Position numbers and translations under genes: made by a program
Assembly: GCA_963669175.1 (NCBI GenBank)
Contig: OY769902.1
Coordinates: 4,736,001 to 4,800,000, forward strand
Direction of reading: 5' to 3'
DNA from: a bacterium
Lineage (GTDB): Bacteria > Electryoneota > Electryoneia > Electryoneales > Electryoneaceae
DNA length: 64,000 bases
Shown here: positions 40,409 through 50,012 of the stretch, piece by piece
Numbering within the stretch: position 1 is the first letter of the stretch
Layout: every line of letters begins with the position of its first letter
The notes under the pieces: model-generated
The model's database searches: none
Told to the model about the DNA's origin: nothing
The model's input: only the letters and a program-made list of their open reading frames with translations

Positions 40409-40602
40409 GAAAAGGGGACGGAATCTTTTTCCTCGCGCCTTACCCTGACATTCTCGCTGCTCGTGCGGAAAAGAAGCTGTACCCTTTTCGGTGTGAGAAC
40501 ATGGCTGGTTGCGTCTTTTGTAATCGAAGGCTGCGATTGGGTATGAAAGATCTATGGAGCGTTTGGCTCACTCATTGGCAAAAGAGGAAAGTCACCTTTC
40601 CC
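40409..40602. repeat. Array of three GAAAAG-core-CTTTTC sites, inverted relative to 37733-37864
   Basis: Sites at 40409, 40468, 40579; the last overlaps the antitoxin stop codon. Confidence 0.75.
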
Positions 40603-41710
40603 ATTCTGCCCATCTCAGATATTGTCTATAAGCTGGATCATTATAATCAACACGTTCTTCATGCATTAGCCTTCCCACGACAATTGAAGGATCGATATGG
40701 ACATGTTCCGCAAAATATACAGTGCTTGATGGTGTAATAGATCCTTTAATAAACTGGTGATACTCAACACTCGGAATAAGAGCATCGCGTGCAAATGTAT
40801 CCGCTTCTTCTTCAAGCAAGTCGTTTTGAGTAAAATTTGATCCCTCAATGAAAATCTTCTGTTCATGCAATAGGATGTGACCAATTTCGTGAAACAGGGT
40901 AAACCAGATCATGTCCCACCTTTTGCCGTGCAGAGTCAGCATAATATGCGGCCGTTTGTTCATCCATACCGTCATGCCTTTAGCCGGAAATCCCTTGAAT
41001 TCTTGAACGAAAAGGAAAACCACTCCTGTAGCTTTTCCAATTTCTCTCAACTGACGTTTGACGACATTCAAATATTGTTCTCTAGTCAGTGTTCTTAAAG
41101 CCGGCAAAGCGCTTTCCAAAACTCTCTTTTTGAAAGTAACAAAAGGCCATTGTTCTTCTTCCGTCTGCTTTTCTCCTAAACGCAACCAAACAGCAAGTTT
41201 TGCATTTGACAAAGCTGTGGTTTTCGCAAGACGAGCTGCCAGACCATAGTTCTTCTCGATATAAGTATCCAATGCAGTAAAGGAAGCGACACGAAGAAAA
41301 CGGTGCAGATGATGAACCCTTTGACGTTTCCCCTCATTGCTTCTTCCATTGACATCAGGCACAAGACCACGCTGTACCAACTCAGTGTAAGGGAACTCGT
41401 TAAGACGTTTCACATCGTTTGCAACCGTTTTTTCATATTCCAGACGTTCTTTGGCCGCTTGATAATTCGCTTCTCTATTCAACCAGTATTGCTGGGTCAT
41501 GCCCAGAACAGTTCCCAACTGCCCGGCAGTCTCAGCGGTAATCGCTTTTTTCGCTTTTATGATCTCGTTGACCATCTGAACCGGACGTCCCATTCTGTGG
41601 GCCAGGTCTTCTTGCCGCATCCCTCTGTCGTCCAACAATTCCTGAATCGTAAAACCAGGTGGGATAGCAATGGGGGCTTTATATGGTTTGGGGGCAACTC
41701 GCGTCGACAT
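40592..41710 (-). CDS. higA: HigA-family HTH antitoxin fused to ImmA/IrrE-type metallopeptidase domain
   Basis: PPGFTIQELL..GM.QEDLA.RMG HTH, WLNREANY, WFTLFHEIGH. Confidence 0.9.
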   Translation of the reverse strand: MSTRVAPKPYKAPIAIPPGFTIQELLDDRGMRQEDLAHRMGRPVQMVNEIIKAKKAITAETAGQLGTVLGMTQQYWLNREANYQAAKERLEYEKTVANDVKRLNEFPYTELVQRGLVPDVNGRSNEGKRQRVHHLHRFLRVASFTALDTYIEKNYGLAARLAKTTALSNAKLAVWLRLGEKQTEEEQWPFVTFKKRVLESALPALRTLTREQYLNVVKRQLREIGKATGVVFLFVQEFKGFPAKGMTVWMNKRPHIMLTLHGKRWDMIWFTLFHEIGHILLHEQKIFIEGSNFTQNDLLEEEADTFARDALIPSVEYHQFIKGSITPSSTVYFAEHVHIDPSIVVGRLMHEERVDYNDPAYRQYLRWAEWER

Positions 41711-41722
41711 TCCTCATCCTCC

Positions 41723-42061
41723 TCAATGATAGTCTCCGACAAAAACAACTTCAAGCGCAGTCACAGTATTAGGTTTAACCGAACCATTCTCATCTACTTC
41801 ATAGTTACCCACAGGGGCAAGGCATATGACGAAAGGTTTCTTGATCGTTATCGACCACTGGTTTTTCCTGTTTCCCTTTAAGGGATGCCAATCCTTCTTT
41901 CCACCAAGGGGAATCTGCGCAACTGAATCGAATGCGCGAATATGCTCCAGGCGTTCAACCAAAACCGGGAATAAAGTTGTATCCTTGAAGATTTTGGTTG
42001 CAGCCTTCTCCACCGTACATATTTCCTCCAGCTTCAGGCTGCTAAATCCAATATCGATCAT
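41723..42061 (-). CDS. higB: HigB/RelE-family toxin
   Basis: 112 aa upstream of higA; HPLKGNRKNQWSI and terminal DYH. Confidence 0.85.
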   Translation of the reverse strand: MIDIGFSSLKLEEICTVEKAATKIFKDTTLFPVLVERLEHIRAFDSVAQIPLGGKKDWHPLKGNRKNQWSITIKKPFVICLAPVGNYEVDENGSVKPNTVTALEVVFVGDYH

Positions 42062-42077
42062 TTATTCCTCGTATTCA

Positions 42078-42110
42078 AGTCAAATTTCACCCTAAGGGTG
42101 AAATTTGACT
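42078..42110. promoter_or_regulatory. Perfect palindrome, candidate HigA operator
   Basis: agtcaaatttcaccc-taa-gggtgaaatttgact, 16 bp upstream of higB start. Confidence 0.7.
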
Positions 42111-42254
42111 CCAGTGAATATATCAGACTCACTTATGCAATGAGAGGCACCAAGCTAGTGGATCGATTCACATGAATCTATCCACTAGTCACTATCTTTT
42201 GCCTAACACAAGTTACTTTTTTACATACAGCTGATCGAGAACAATGTCGCATTG

Positions 42255-42283
42255 CGTCATCCCCATTAAAGTTGGGGATGACG
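42255..42283 (-). terminator. Hairpin after clpV
   Basis: cgtcatcccca..tggggatgacg 20 bp downstream of stop. Confidence 0.55.
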
Positions 42284-42302
42284 TTGTTTATGACTAATCA
42301 AC

Positions 42303-45065
42303 CTACTCCTTAAACTCAAACGTAAAGCTGCCATCATCCCCGACACCCAGTTCGACGGCACTGGGCATATCGCCGGTAGTCATGTGGGTCAGGATCTGCT
42401 GGGACAGTTGCGGCAGCACGTTCCCGTTGAGAATGTACTCGATGTTGCGCGCGCCGGTCTCCACTTCGGTGCAGCGTGCGGCGACAGCGTCGACCACGGC
42501 TTCCGAATAGGTCAGCTTCATCCGGTTGTTTTCCATCAGCGTCTTGACAATCTTCTTCAGCTTCAGTTCCACGATCAGCTTCATCGCGTCCTTGTTCAGG
42601 CTGAAGAAGGGGATGATGTTCATGCGGGCCAGCAGCGCCGGTTTGAAGTGCTGGGACAGCATGGGACGGATCGCGGCGACAACCGTATCGACATCGGGAC
42701 GTTCGTCCTCATCACCCGTGGTCATCTCCTGGATCACGTCACTGGCGAGGTTGCTGGTCAGCATCATGATGGTGTTCTTGAAGTTGATCTCCTTGCCTTC
42801 ACCATCGGTCAGCATCCCCTTGTCGAACACCTGGTAGAACAGGTTCATCACGTCGATGTGCGCCTTTTCCACTTCGTCCAGCAGCACCACGCTATACGGC
42901 TTCTGACGGACGGCTTCGCTCAACATGCCGCCTTCACCGTAGCCTACGTATCCCGGAGGCGAACCGATCAGACGACTGACCGTATGGCTTTCCTGGAATT
43001 CGCTCATGTTGATGACCACGCTGTTCTTTTCGCTGCCGAACAGCAGGTCTGCGAGGGCCAGCCCGGTTTCTGTCTTGCCCACACCGGACGGTCCCACCAG
43101 CAGGAACACACCAATCGGCTGATCCGGGTTCTTGATCCCCGCCTTGGCCGCCTTGATCACTTCCGCCATGGCATCGAGGGCGACATCCTGCCCCTTGACA
43201 CGGTTCTGCAAGCGGTTGGCCAGATCGACGACCGTAGCCGCTTCATCACGCTTCACCTTGCCCATCGGGATTCCGGTCCAGTCGGACACGACCTTGCCGA
43301 CCACGTCCGGCGTGACCTCGATCTGGATCATGGGCTCATCACCCTGAATCTCCTCCAGCGCCTTGTTGGCCTCGTCCAGTTCCTTCAGCAGATCTTCCAG
43401 GCTCTTGGCAGGTTCAGCGCCTTCTTCGGCGGGCGCTTCTTCCTTGGCCTCTTCCACCTTCTCCGCAGCTTCGGCGGTTTCCTCGTCGCCACTCTCTTTG
43501 GCAGCCAGCGCCATACGGTTCAGCTCATGGATCTGGTCACGCAGCTTGACCACTTTCCACGCGGCTTCCTTTTCAATCTGCCAGCGTGCACGCACCTCAG
43601 CGGCTTCTGCGGTAAGATTCGCAATCTTGTCCAGGATGGACTGGTACTTCTCTTCGTCAATGGTCTGACCGTTGGTCTTGTCACGTTCCATCGCGGCCTT
43701 TTCACGTTCCAGCGCCTGGATGGAATGCTCCTTGTCCTCCAGTTCCGGCGGCTTTACCGCGAGGTTCAGCTTCACACGTGCGCAAGCGGTGTCCAACATG
43801 TCGATGGCCTTGTCCGGCAGGAAACGTCCCGTGATGTACCGGTCAGCATATTCCGCGGCGACTTCGATAGCGTCATCCCGCACGATCACATTGTGCGCCT
43901 TTTCATAGCTGGCCTTGATCCCGCGCAGGATCAGGGTGGCGATCTCCACACTCGGCTCGGCCAGTTTGACCAGTTGGAAACGACGTTCCAGCGCCGGGTC
44001 TTTCTCGAAGTATTTCTTGTATTCTTTCCAGGTGGTCGCAGCGATGGTACGCAATTCACCACGCGCCAACGCCGGCTTCAACAGGTTAGCGGCGTCACTG
44101 GTGCCCGCCGAACCGCCCGCGCCGATCAGGGTGTGCGCTTCGTCGATGAAGAGGATAATCGGGACTTCCGATTCCTTGATCTCGTTAATCACGCCTTTCA
44201 AACGATTCTCGAACTCGCCCTTCATCCCGGCCCCGGCTTCCAGCAGGCCCATATCCAGCCCGAGAAGGCGGACGTTCTTCAGGAAATCCGGCACTTCACC
44301 TTCAACGATTTCCAGCGCCAATCCTTCCACGACAGCCGTCTTCCCCACACCCGGCTCACCGACACAGATCGGGTTGTTCTTGCGGCGCCGTGCGAGAATA
44401 TCCATCATCTGACGGATTTCCGGGTCACGTCCGAACACAGGGTCAATCCCGCCGCCACGCGCTTTTTCGGTGAAGTCGGTGCAGAAACGGTCAACAAAAC
44501 CGCCGGACGCCCCGGTTCCCTTGGCTGCGCCTGGCTTGCCACCGCCGACCGCGCCGGAAATGTCAGCCTTCTTCAACGCCGCTTTGTTCTCCACCGAATT
44601 TTTAATCATGGTGGAGAAGGTCTTGAGCAGCGTTTCACGGTTGACCTTGTTCAGATACTTGATATACGGAGCGCCGCTGCCATAAAACGAGGGACGCGCC
44701 AGGAAAGCCAGTAGCATGGCGCCGGAACGAATTTTCGCGTCGCCCAGGTCAATGGACGCTACCATCCACGCATCCTGGAACAACTCCAGCAGCATCGGCG
44801 AAAAGACCGGCTTGCCCGAGTTACCGGCACGATTGTCCTCCAGATCCGCCTCGATCTCACGCTGGAAACGGCCCAGGTCGACTTCGAAATGCTGGAAAAT
44901 CTGCGGCAGGTCGGAATGGACGTCTTCCGCCAGTTTCAGCAGGAAATGCTCTACCGTGATTTCGTAGTGCGTACGTGAAACACACAACCCGGCAGCATTC
45001 TGCAGCGCGTTGGTGCAATACTCGTTCAAGTGAAGCATCAGTTCACGGGTATCAACTGCGATCAT
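42303..45065 (-). CDS. tssH: T6SS AAA+ ATPase ClpV/TssH
   Basis: AAGLCVSRTHYE N-terminus, GEPGVGKT and GPSGVGKT Walker A motifs, RCTEVETGARN. Confidence 0.96.
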   Translation of the reverse strand: MIAVDTRELMLHLNEYCTNALQNAAGLCVSRTHYEITVEHFLLKLAEDVHSDLPQIFQHFEVDLGRFQREIEADLEDNRAGNSGKPVFSPMLLELFQDAWMVASIDLGDAKIRSGAMLLAFLARPSFYGSGAPYIKYLNKVNRETLLKTFSTMIKNSVENKAALKKADISGAVGGGKPGAAKGTGASGGFVDRFCTDFTEKARGGGIDPVFGRDPEIRQMMDILARRRKNNPICVGEPGVGKTAVVEGLALEIVEGEVPDFLKNVRLLGLDMGLLEAGAGMKGEFENRLKGVINEIKESEVPIILFIDEAHTLIGAGGSAGTSDAANLLKPALARGELRTIAATTWKEYKKYFEKDPALERRFQLVKLAEPSVEIATLILRGIKASYEKAHNVIVRDDAIEVAAEYADRYITGRFLPDKAIDMLDTACARVKLNLAVKPPELEDKEHSIQALEREKAAMERDKTNGQTIDEEKYQSILDKIANLTAEAAEVRARWQIEKEAAWKVVKLRDQIHELNRMALAAKESGDEETAEAAEKVEEAKEEAPAEEGAEPAKSLEDLLKELDEANKALEEIQGDEPMIQIEVTPDVVGKVVSDWTGIPMGKVKRDEAATVVDLANRLQNRVKGQDVALDAMAEVIKAAKAGIKNPDQPIGVFLLVGPSGVGKTETGLALADLLFGSEKNSVVINMSEFQESHTVSRLIGSPPGYVGYGEGGMLSEAVRQKPYSVVLLDEVEKAHIDVMNLFYQVFDKGMLTDGEGKEINFKNTIMMLTSNLASDVIQEMTTGDEDERPDVDTVVAAIRPMLSQHFKPALLARMNIIPFFSLNKDAMKLIVELKLKKIVKTLMENNRMKLTYSEAVVDAVAARCTEVETGARNIEYILNGNVLPQLSQQILTHMTTGDMPSAVELGVGDDGSFTFEFKE

Positions 45066-45284
45066 CGTTTTCCCTCGCTTTTATGTTTGGTTTGTTGGTG
45101 ACTTTTCAATCAAGTATATGATCTCTTGTATCCATAGTCGGCTGATGATGTATGAAGTTATGTCAAGTAATGCATTTCCAGCCGAAGATCGTCATGCAAA
45201 CTGAAGCCATCACGAGCGTTTTCCGTGACTGCTCGATCTTTCGATTGCATAATTTTTAGGTTATCCGATGACATTCAGTATTAG

Positions 45285-45921
45285 CAGGCTTTAGCCCTGT
45301 CTCTTGCTCACATCTTCGTGTTTCTGCCACCCCAGAGGGGGTGGTATATTTTAGCGTAGGGTTGACGCTGTCTGTTTAGCGTCTACCCTACGAAAAAGAT
45401 CAAACCTTATCTCAACCCTGGAAGGGTTGCATAACGTATAATTTACACCCAATTGGTTTGTATAGAATATAAAATGCGTTATTTCCTGTATTTATTGAAC
45501 GTACTAATATGAATCGCGTATTATGCAACCCTTCCAGGGTTGATTATTCGTTAGAATACCTGACATAGTGTACAGGCCAAAAAGACGGCCTGTACACTAT
45601 GCTAAAATAGGGAATCCCGCCGGGATTCTAAAAATGCTATGTCCACAACTCTTTTACTGATACAGCTTTCAGAAGATGTGGGTAAGAGACAGCGCTTTAG
45701 CCTGCTCCTCTTAGCCCCCGGCTTCAGTCGGGGATATAGGAATTCCACACCCGAGGAGCGCCCTTCAGGGTGCTTTCCTGAATACAGTTTTCCAGCTTGA
45801 AAGCACGCTAAAGCGCGCTCACCGCAATTATCACCATCATCCACCCGGCTAAAGCCGGGTGCTAAGAGGAGCCTGCTGAAGCAGGCTAAAACTTTGCAAT
45901 GCAGGCTAAAACTTTGCAATG
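45285..45921. repeat. Cluster of REP-like palindromes and a 20-bp triple tandem repeat between tssG and clpV
   Basis: Inverted pairs caaccctggaagggttgcataa / ttatgcaacccttccagggttg and ctcctcttagcccccggctt / aagccgggtgctaagaggag; hairpin catagtgtacaggcc..ggcctgtacactatg; gcaggctaaaactttgcaat x3. Confidence 0.8.
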
Positions 45922-46087
45922 CAGGCTAAAACTTTGCAATAATGACTGTTCGCACCTGCGATGTTGTCAAGAGTTACAAATACTTATTGATCTTACAAAT
46001 ACTATTCATACTCAGATACCGTCCTGAAAAGATTCTGTTTACTCTGTCCCATTTTTCAAATACCTTGCCTCAATTCCAATATCAACC

Positions 46088-47101
46088 TCAACTGGGCCTG
46101 AGCGTTACTTCCGTTTTTTCCGGGCCGTTGCCGAATGAGAACAACCAGGTATCCCAGCCCAATTGCGCCCAGTTACCTTTGCCCAGGCGTGTCGGCATGA
46201 CCAGCTTGGGATCAACATTCAGCGCCACATCCCAGGACAGCGGCTGATCGAGATAAAATCCGATCAATTCCTCCATCCGTTTGTATTCACCCTGATCAGG
46301 CAGGAAACGGTGATAGGCGGCCGGATCAAGCGGCCCGATATGGATGCGGAACATTCCCATCCGGTCCATGATTTCACCGCCCAGGTAAGCGTTCTCGCCA
46401 AGCGTACAGCCCTGTACCCCGATATGGCAGCGCTGGTCCTGCGGAATGGTTGCTACATGAGAAACACACTGCTCGATTTCGAAACTGGGCTCTTCCAGGT
46501 GATCCGACAGTAGTGCGCGCAATCCCTCAGCAGAACGTGAATGCTGGGTGGTCAGACCGATATAGCGTAAAAGGCTGTACGAATTCGGGAGTTTCTTCTG
46601 AAAATTTTCATCCCCGATTCCCAACAGGCAGTACATCTTTTCAATCAGGGCCGGATCGATTTCCTCTTCAAGGTTAAAGAGAAGTTGATGCTTGCTCCAT
46701 GCACGATAGAAAAGAGAATACAGGGATGAGTTGACAATATCGATAAAATCACGTGTTACGGAATTACCGTCGCTCGCTTCAGAAAGCAAATCTTCCGTAT
46801 AGAAAATCGGCAATGGTGATGAAGTGCCGTATAATCCGAGGAAGGTTGTGGTCAGCAGGAAACGGTCTTCATTGAAGGGATCAGGTTCAATACTCTTGAT
46901 ATCCTCGCGAGGATAACCAAGAGTCAGGTCAGGACGTACACGAATTTGCCTGGTAGTTTCCGACGGAGACGCACTCTGCCCGTTCTGCTTTCGAAGAAGC
47001 AGGCGCAGCAGTCGTACTCCCTGGAGAAAGGTGTGTGACTTCCCTTTCGTGAGCAGCCGCTGCTTCAGGTCAGCAGACGGTCGCCCAGTCGTGGTTGCCA
47101 T
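46088..47101 (-). CDS. tssG: T6SS baseplate subunit TssG
   Basis: FLGLYGTSSPLPIFYTE, RSAEGL, LGWDTWL. Confidence 0.94.
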   Translation of the reverse strand: MATTTGRPSADLKQRLLTKGKSHTFLQGVRLLRLLLRKQNGQSASPSETTRQIRVRPDLTLGYPREDIKSIEPDPFNEDRFLLTTTFLGLYGTSSPLPIFYTEDLLSEASDGNSVTRDFIDIVNSSLYSLFYRAWSKHQLLFNLEEEIDPALIEKMYCLLGIGDENFQKKLPNSYSLLRYIGLTTQHSRSAEGLRALLSDHLEEPSFEIEQCVSHVATIPQDQRCHIGVQGCTLGENAYLGGEIMDRMGMFRIHIGPLDPAAYHRFLPDQGEYKRMEELIGFYLDQPLSWDVALNVDPKLVMPTRLGKGNWAQLGWDTWLFSFGNGPEKTEVTLRPS

Positions 47102-48798
47102 GTATAACGATCTCCCGACAGGTTTTCCAACAATTCAAATGCTACAAAGGTATTCAGGTTGCTGTATGTCCCCAGGAACAAGTCAATCACTGAGGCGAAC
47201 AGGTACAAATCGCCCATATTGGCAAAATGGTCCAGGCTGGACGTCATTTCCACCTTGCGTCCACGCAGAATCGATCCCTGAACCATACGATCCATCGGTT
47301 TCACTTCTACAGATTGAATGCCGTTGATACGTTTCTGATTGGCTGTAATGCGAATCCTGTCACGTCCTTCCGCATGGATATACAATTCCAGCAGCGCCTT
47401 GAGGTTGTCGGCATCAGCAAGTTCAAGGAAATTCAAGGACAGGTGCGACAGGAATTTCCACAGAGTTTGCTGCCCCAATAGCGGGTTGATCGCTGATGTT
47501 GGCGACATGATATTCGTTGGAGATACCAGCTCGGACAAGTCAACTGTCTGCATGCAGATATCACCCCTGCGCAACCGTTCGGGCAAGTTGCCATTGGTGC
47601 ATGTCAGGGTAAGAGTAAGGGTCTGCTCCACCGGGTTCGGATTATCTTCCGGGTAAGAAATCATCAGGAAGGTTTCCGGCAGATCATCAATCGCAGACCG
47701 TGCCCTTACCAGCGAATAGGACGACTGTTTTCCACGCGCCCGTGCAAATTTCTCCAGCGGAACATATTCATGTTTCGCCACCGAACCAATTTCAAACCCC
47801 AGCACCTTTTCAACACTGAATACCTGGAAATGTTCACGCCCTATATACGAAGGGCGCATCTGTAGTTTTTCACGTTTGTGATCCAGGCTGATCGGATCGG
47901 ATTCGTACTTATACAGGTTTACAATCGGTGTCGCAAAGAAGAAGAATTGACGTTCGCTGATACGTGGTATGGTTAACCGGTGCTGCATGAATTCGAAAAT
48001 AATTTCAAAGTCAATGCCTTCACCACGATCTATCCACTGATCAAACCCGGTAAGATCGTAGAACAGGTACTTTTCCGGAAGCACAAAATATTCCTGCAGC
48101 AACCGAAGCCCGCCAAAACTCTGCGGTGGATACGGCAGCAGACTGTTCTTCAGATCGAAGCCAACATACCTGAGGAAACGTGGTTCAAGGGATACCTCGC
48201 TCCCTTCCCCCTTTGGCTTGAGGATGATTCGTTTCAGGTATTTCCTGAACAGGATAAATAGCTGCGCGCCCTGGCTGAAGTCTTCACCGGCATAGAACCT
48301 GAGTGTTTCCGGCTGCCACTGGTCCAGCGTCGGCCCGGTCAGGCGGCATTCCAGGTGTATTCGACTGCCCTTCAGAGCCAGGTCTTCAGCCCAGGCTTTG
48401 GTCAACTTCAGCGGGTGAACCTCAGTCGAGAAACACGTGCGAAACGGGCAGATGGTATCATCAACAGGTTTAGAATTGATGGACACCCCGGCAGGGATGG
48501 TGATGCTTTCCATCATGTTTGGCTTCGGATCAAGCACCGCAATCGATAACGCAGGAACCGGGCGCAGATACTGCGGGAATATGACATCCATCAGGCCATG
48601 GACAATCTCAGGGAACTCGTCATCCAGTTTTTCCTGGATCAGTCCGTTGAGAAACGCAACCCCCTCCAGCAACCGTTCCACATCAGGATCGGTCGAGGAT
48701 TCACTAAGCATCGGGGCAATTGCAGGATGGACCTTGGAAAACTCAAACCCAAGATCCCTGAGGTTGGCCAGTTGTTCCTGGTACGCCTTTTTGGACAC
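47065..48798 (-). CDS. tssF: T6SS baseplate subunit TssF
   Basis: DPDVERLLEGVAFL, KLDDEFPE, YLRPVPA, LLQEYF, SHLSLN. Confidence 0.96.
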   Translation of the reverse strand: MSKKAYQEQLANLRDLGFEFSKVHPAIAPMLSESSTDPDVERLLEGVAFLNGLIQEKLDDEFPEIVHGLMDVIFPQYLRPVPALSIAVLDPKPNMMESITIPAGVSINSKPVDDTICPFRTCFSTEVHPLKLTKAWAEDLALKGSRIHLECRLTGPTLDQWQPETLRFYAGEDFSQGAQLFILFRKYLKRIILKPKGEGSEVSLEPRFLRYVGFDLKNSLLPYPPQSFGGLRLLQEYFVLPEKYLFYDLTGFDQWIDRGEGIDFEIIFEFMQHRLTIPRISERQFFFFATPIVNLYKYESDPISLDHKREKLQMRPSYIGREHFQVFSVEKVLGFEIGSVAKHEYVPLEKFARARGKQSSYSLVRARSAIDDLPETFLMISYPEDNPNPVEQTLTLTLTCTNGNLPERLRRGDICMQTVDLSELVSPTNIMSPTSAINPLLGQQTLWKFLSHLSLNFLELADADNLKALLELYIHAEGRDRIRITANQKRINGIQSVEVKPMDRMVQGSILRGRKVEMTSSLDHFANMGDLYLFASVIDLFLGTYSNLNTFVAFELLENLSGDRYTWQPRLGDRLLT

Positions 48799-48880
48799 AC
48801 ACGCCTCACAGGTTCAACGATTCAGTATTGATGCGATCAACGATTCAATCAAGTATGCGTAAGATACAAATTTGAACAGG

Positions 48881-49297
48881 TCAATCACTATTAATGTTGA
48901 ATTTCCCATCTGAGCGAAAAACCGTATCAAAAATGACCGGGATTTTCTCCTCGCCTACCATAAACGCTTCAAGCTTGAAACGAATGGAAAAAACATCCTT
49001 CTGATCCTTGTCAATGATAATTCGAACGTCCCGCAACCGTTTTTCATATTTCACGATAGTCCGCTTGATACTCTGTTCCATATTCTCTACCGCTTCAGAA
49101 TAATTGTCACCGGCCATTGCGGTAAAGTCCGGGATGCCATAATCATCAGCAATCATGACACTGCCCTGGCGGGTATTCAGCAACCGGCGAAGATGCATGA
49201 TTATGGAACGCACTTCCATCTGGGTATCCCTTCGGTTCCGTAACGAGGGATTCTTATCCAGATGATGAATTCTCTCCAATAATCTCTCTTCAGGCAT
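48881..49297 (-). CDS. tssE: T6SS baseplate subunit TssE
   Basis: HLRRLLNTRQG, DYGIPD, YEKRL; likely start MPEERLL. Confidence 0.92.
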   Translation of the reverse strand: MPEERLLERIHHLDKNPSLRNRRDTQMEVRSIIMHLRRLLNTRQGSVMIADDYGIPDFTAMAGDNYSEAVENMEQSIKRTIVKYEKRLRDVRIIIDKDQKDVFSIRFKLEAFMVGEEKIPVIFDTVFRSDGKFNINSD

Positions 49298-49413
49298 CTC
49301 AATTTCACCAGTTAACAAGCTGTATTCTGTTCACTACCTGCCAGGTTGACAAGAGCAGGGCGGCGCGTCCTGAAAAATCAGAACGCGCCCCCTTCATATC
49401 AAGGTAAATCAGA

Positions 49414-49905
49414 TCAGGCGCTCGCAGGAGTATCCCAATCATCTTCCGCTTCAATACCACCGTCGTTGTACGTCCAAATGATCTTCTGGTAGTTGAAGTG
49501 AACCTCTTCCATATCATGGAAAGGCTTGTTGTCAGGTACGAATGTCATCGGTTTGTACAGACGTGTTTTCACGATCACAGCATTGGTCAGCTTAATCGTG
49601 AAATAGTGTTCTTCCTGACCTTTCTGGTTGATCTGGTAGAAATCAATCTCCACATCCGTCATGGTCTCACTGGTCGAACACGCCTGCTGGAGTTTCGGAG
49701 TTGCTGTATCAATGTGCTTCGTGATGATCAGTGGCTTGTGCATACGCTTGCCGGTCGCCTGGCCAGTGTGGCTGTCGACTGGGGTTTCAACACTATGGTC
49801 CAGCGCATAGATCAGGATCGTCTTTTCACGTCCCTTTTGCTGGCAATCGCCATCAATTGCGCCCTGGTTTGCGCCAGTAAGCTTCATGTACGCGGTCATC
49901 GGCAT
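49414..49905 (-). CDS. hcp: T6SS tube protein Hcp
   Basis: MPMTAY start after RBS aaaggag; TGQATGKRMHKP, EHYFTIKL, YQKIIW. Confidence 0.96.
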   Translation of the reverse strand: MPMTAYMKLTGANQGAIDGDCQQKGREKTILIYALDHSVETPVDSHTGQATGKRMHKPLIITKHIDTATPKLQQACSTSETMTDVEIDFYQINQKGQEEHYFTIKLTNAVIVKTRLYKPMTFVPDNKPFHDMEEVHFNYQKIIWTYNDGGIEAEDDWDTPASA

Positions 49906-49982
49906 GGGTAACTCTCCTTTTGTAAGAAACAAGAAAAACTTGTGTGAACATCTTCAAACTATAAGCGTACTTCCAGAGAATG

Positions 49983-50010
49983 AAAAACCCCGCAATAATG
50001 CGGGGATTCT
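49983..50010 (-). terminator. Terminator-like hairpin between tssC and hcp
   Basis: ccccgcattattgcgggg followed by TTTTT on minus strand. Confidence 0.75.
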
Positions 50011-50012
50011 TT

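Noticed and set aside
37676-40602. Classical integron attC sites
   Set aside because: Sites lack RYYYAAC/GTTRRRY ends and no integron integrase is present
42384-44714. 776-aa plus-strand ORF and many other plus-strand ORFs overlapping minus-strand genes
   Set aside because: Antisense shadows of codon-biased genes such as clpV; no recognisable motifs
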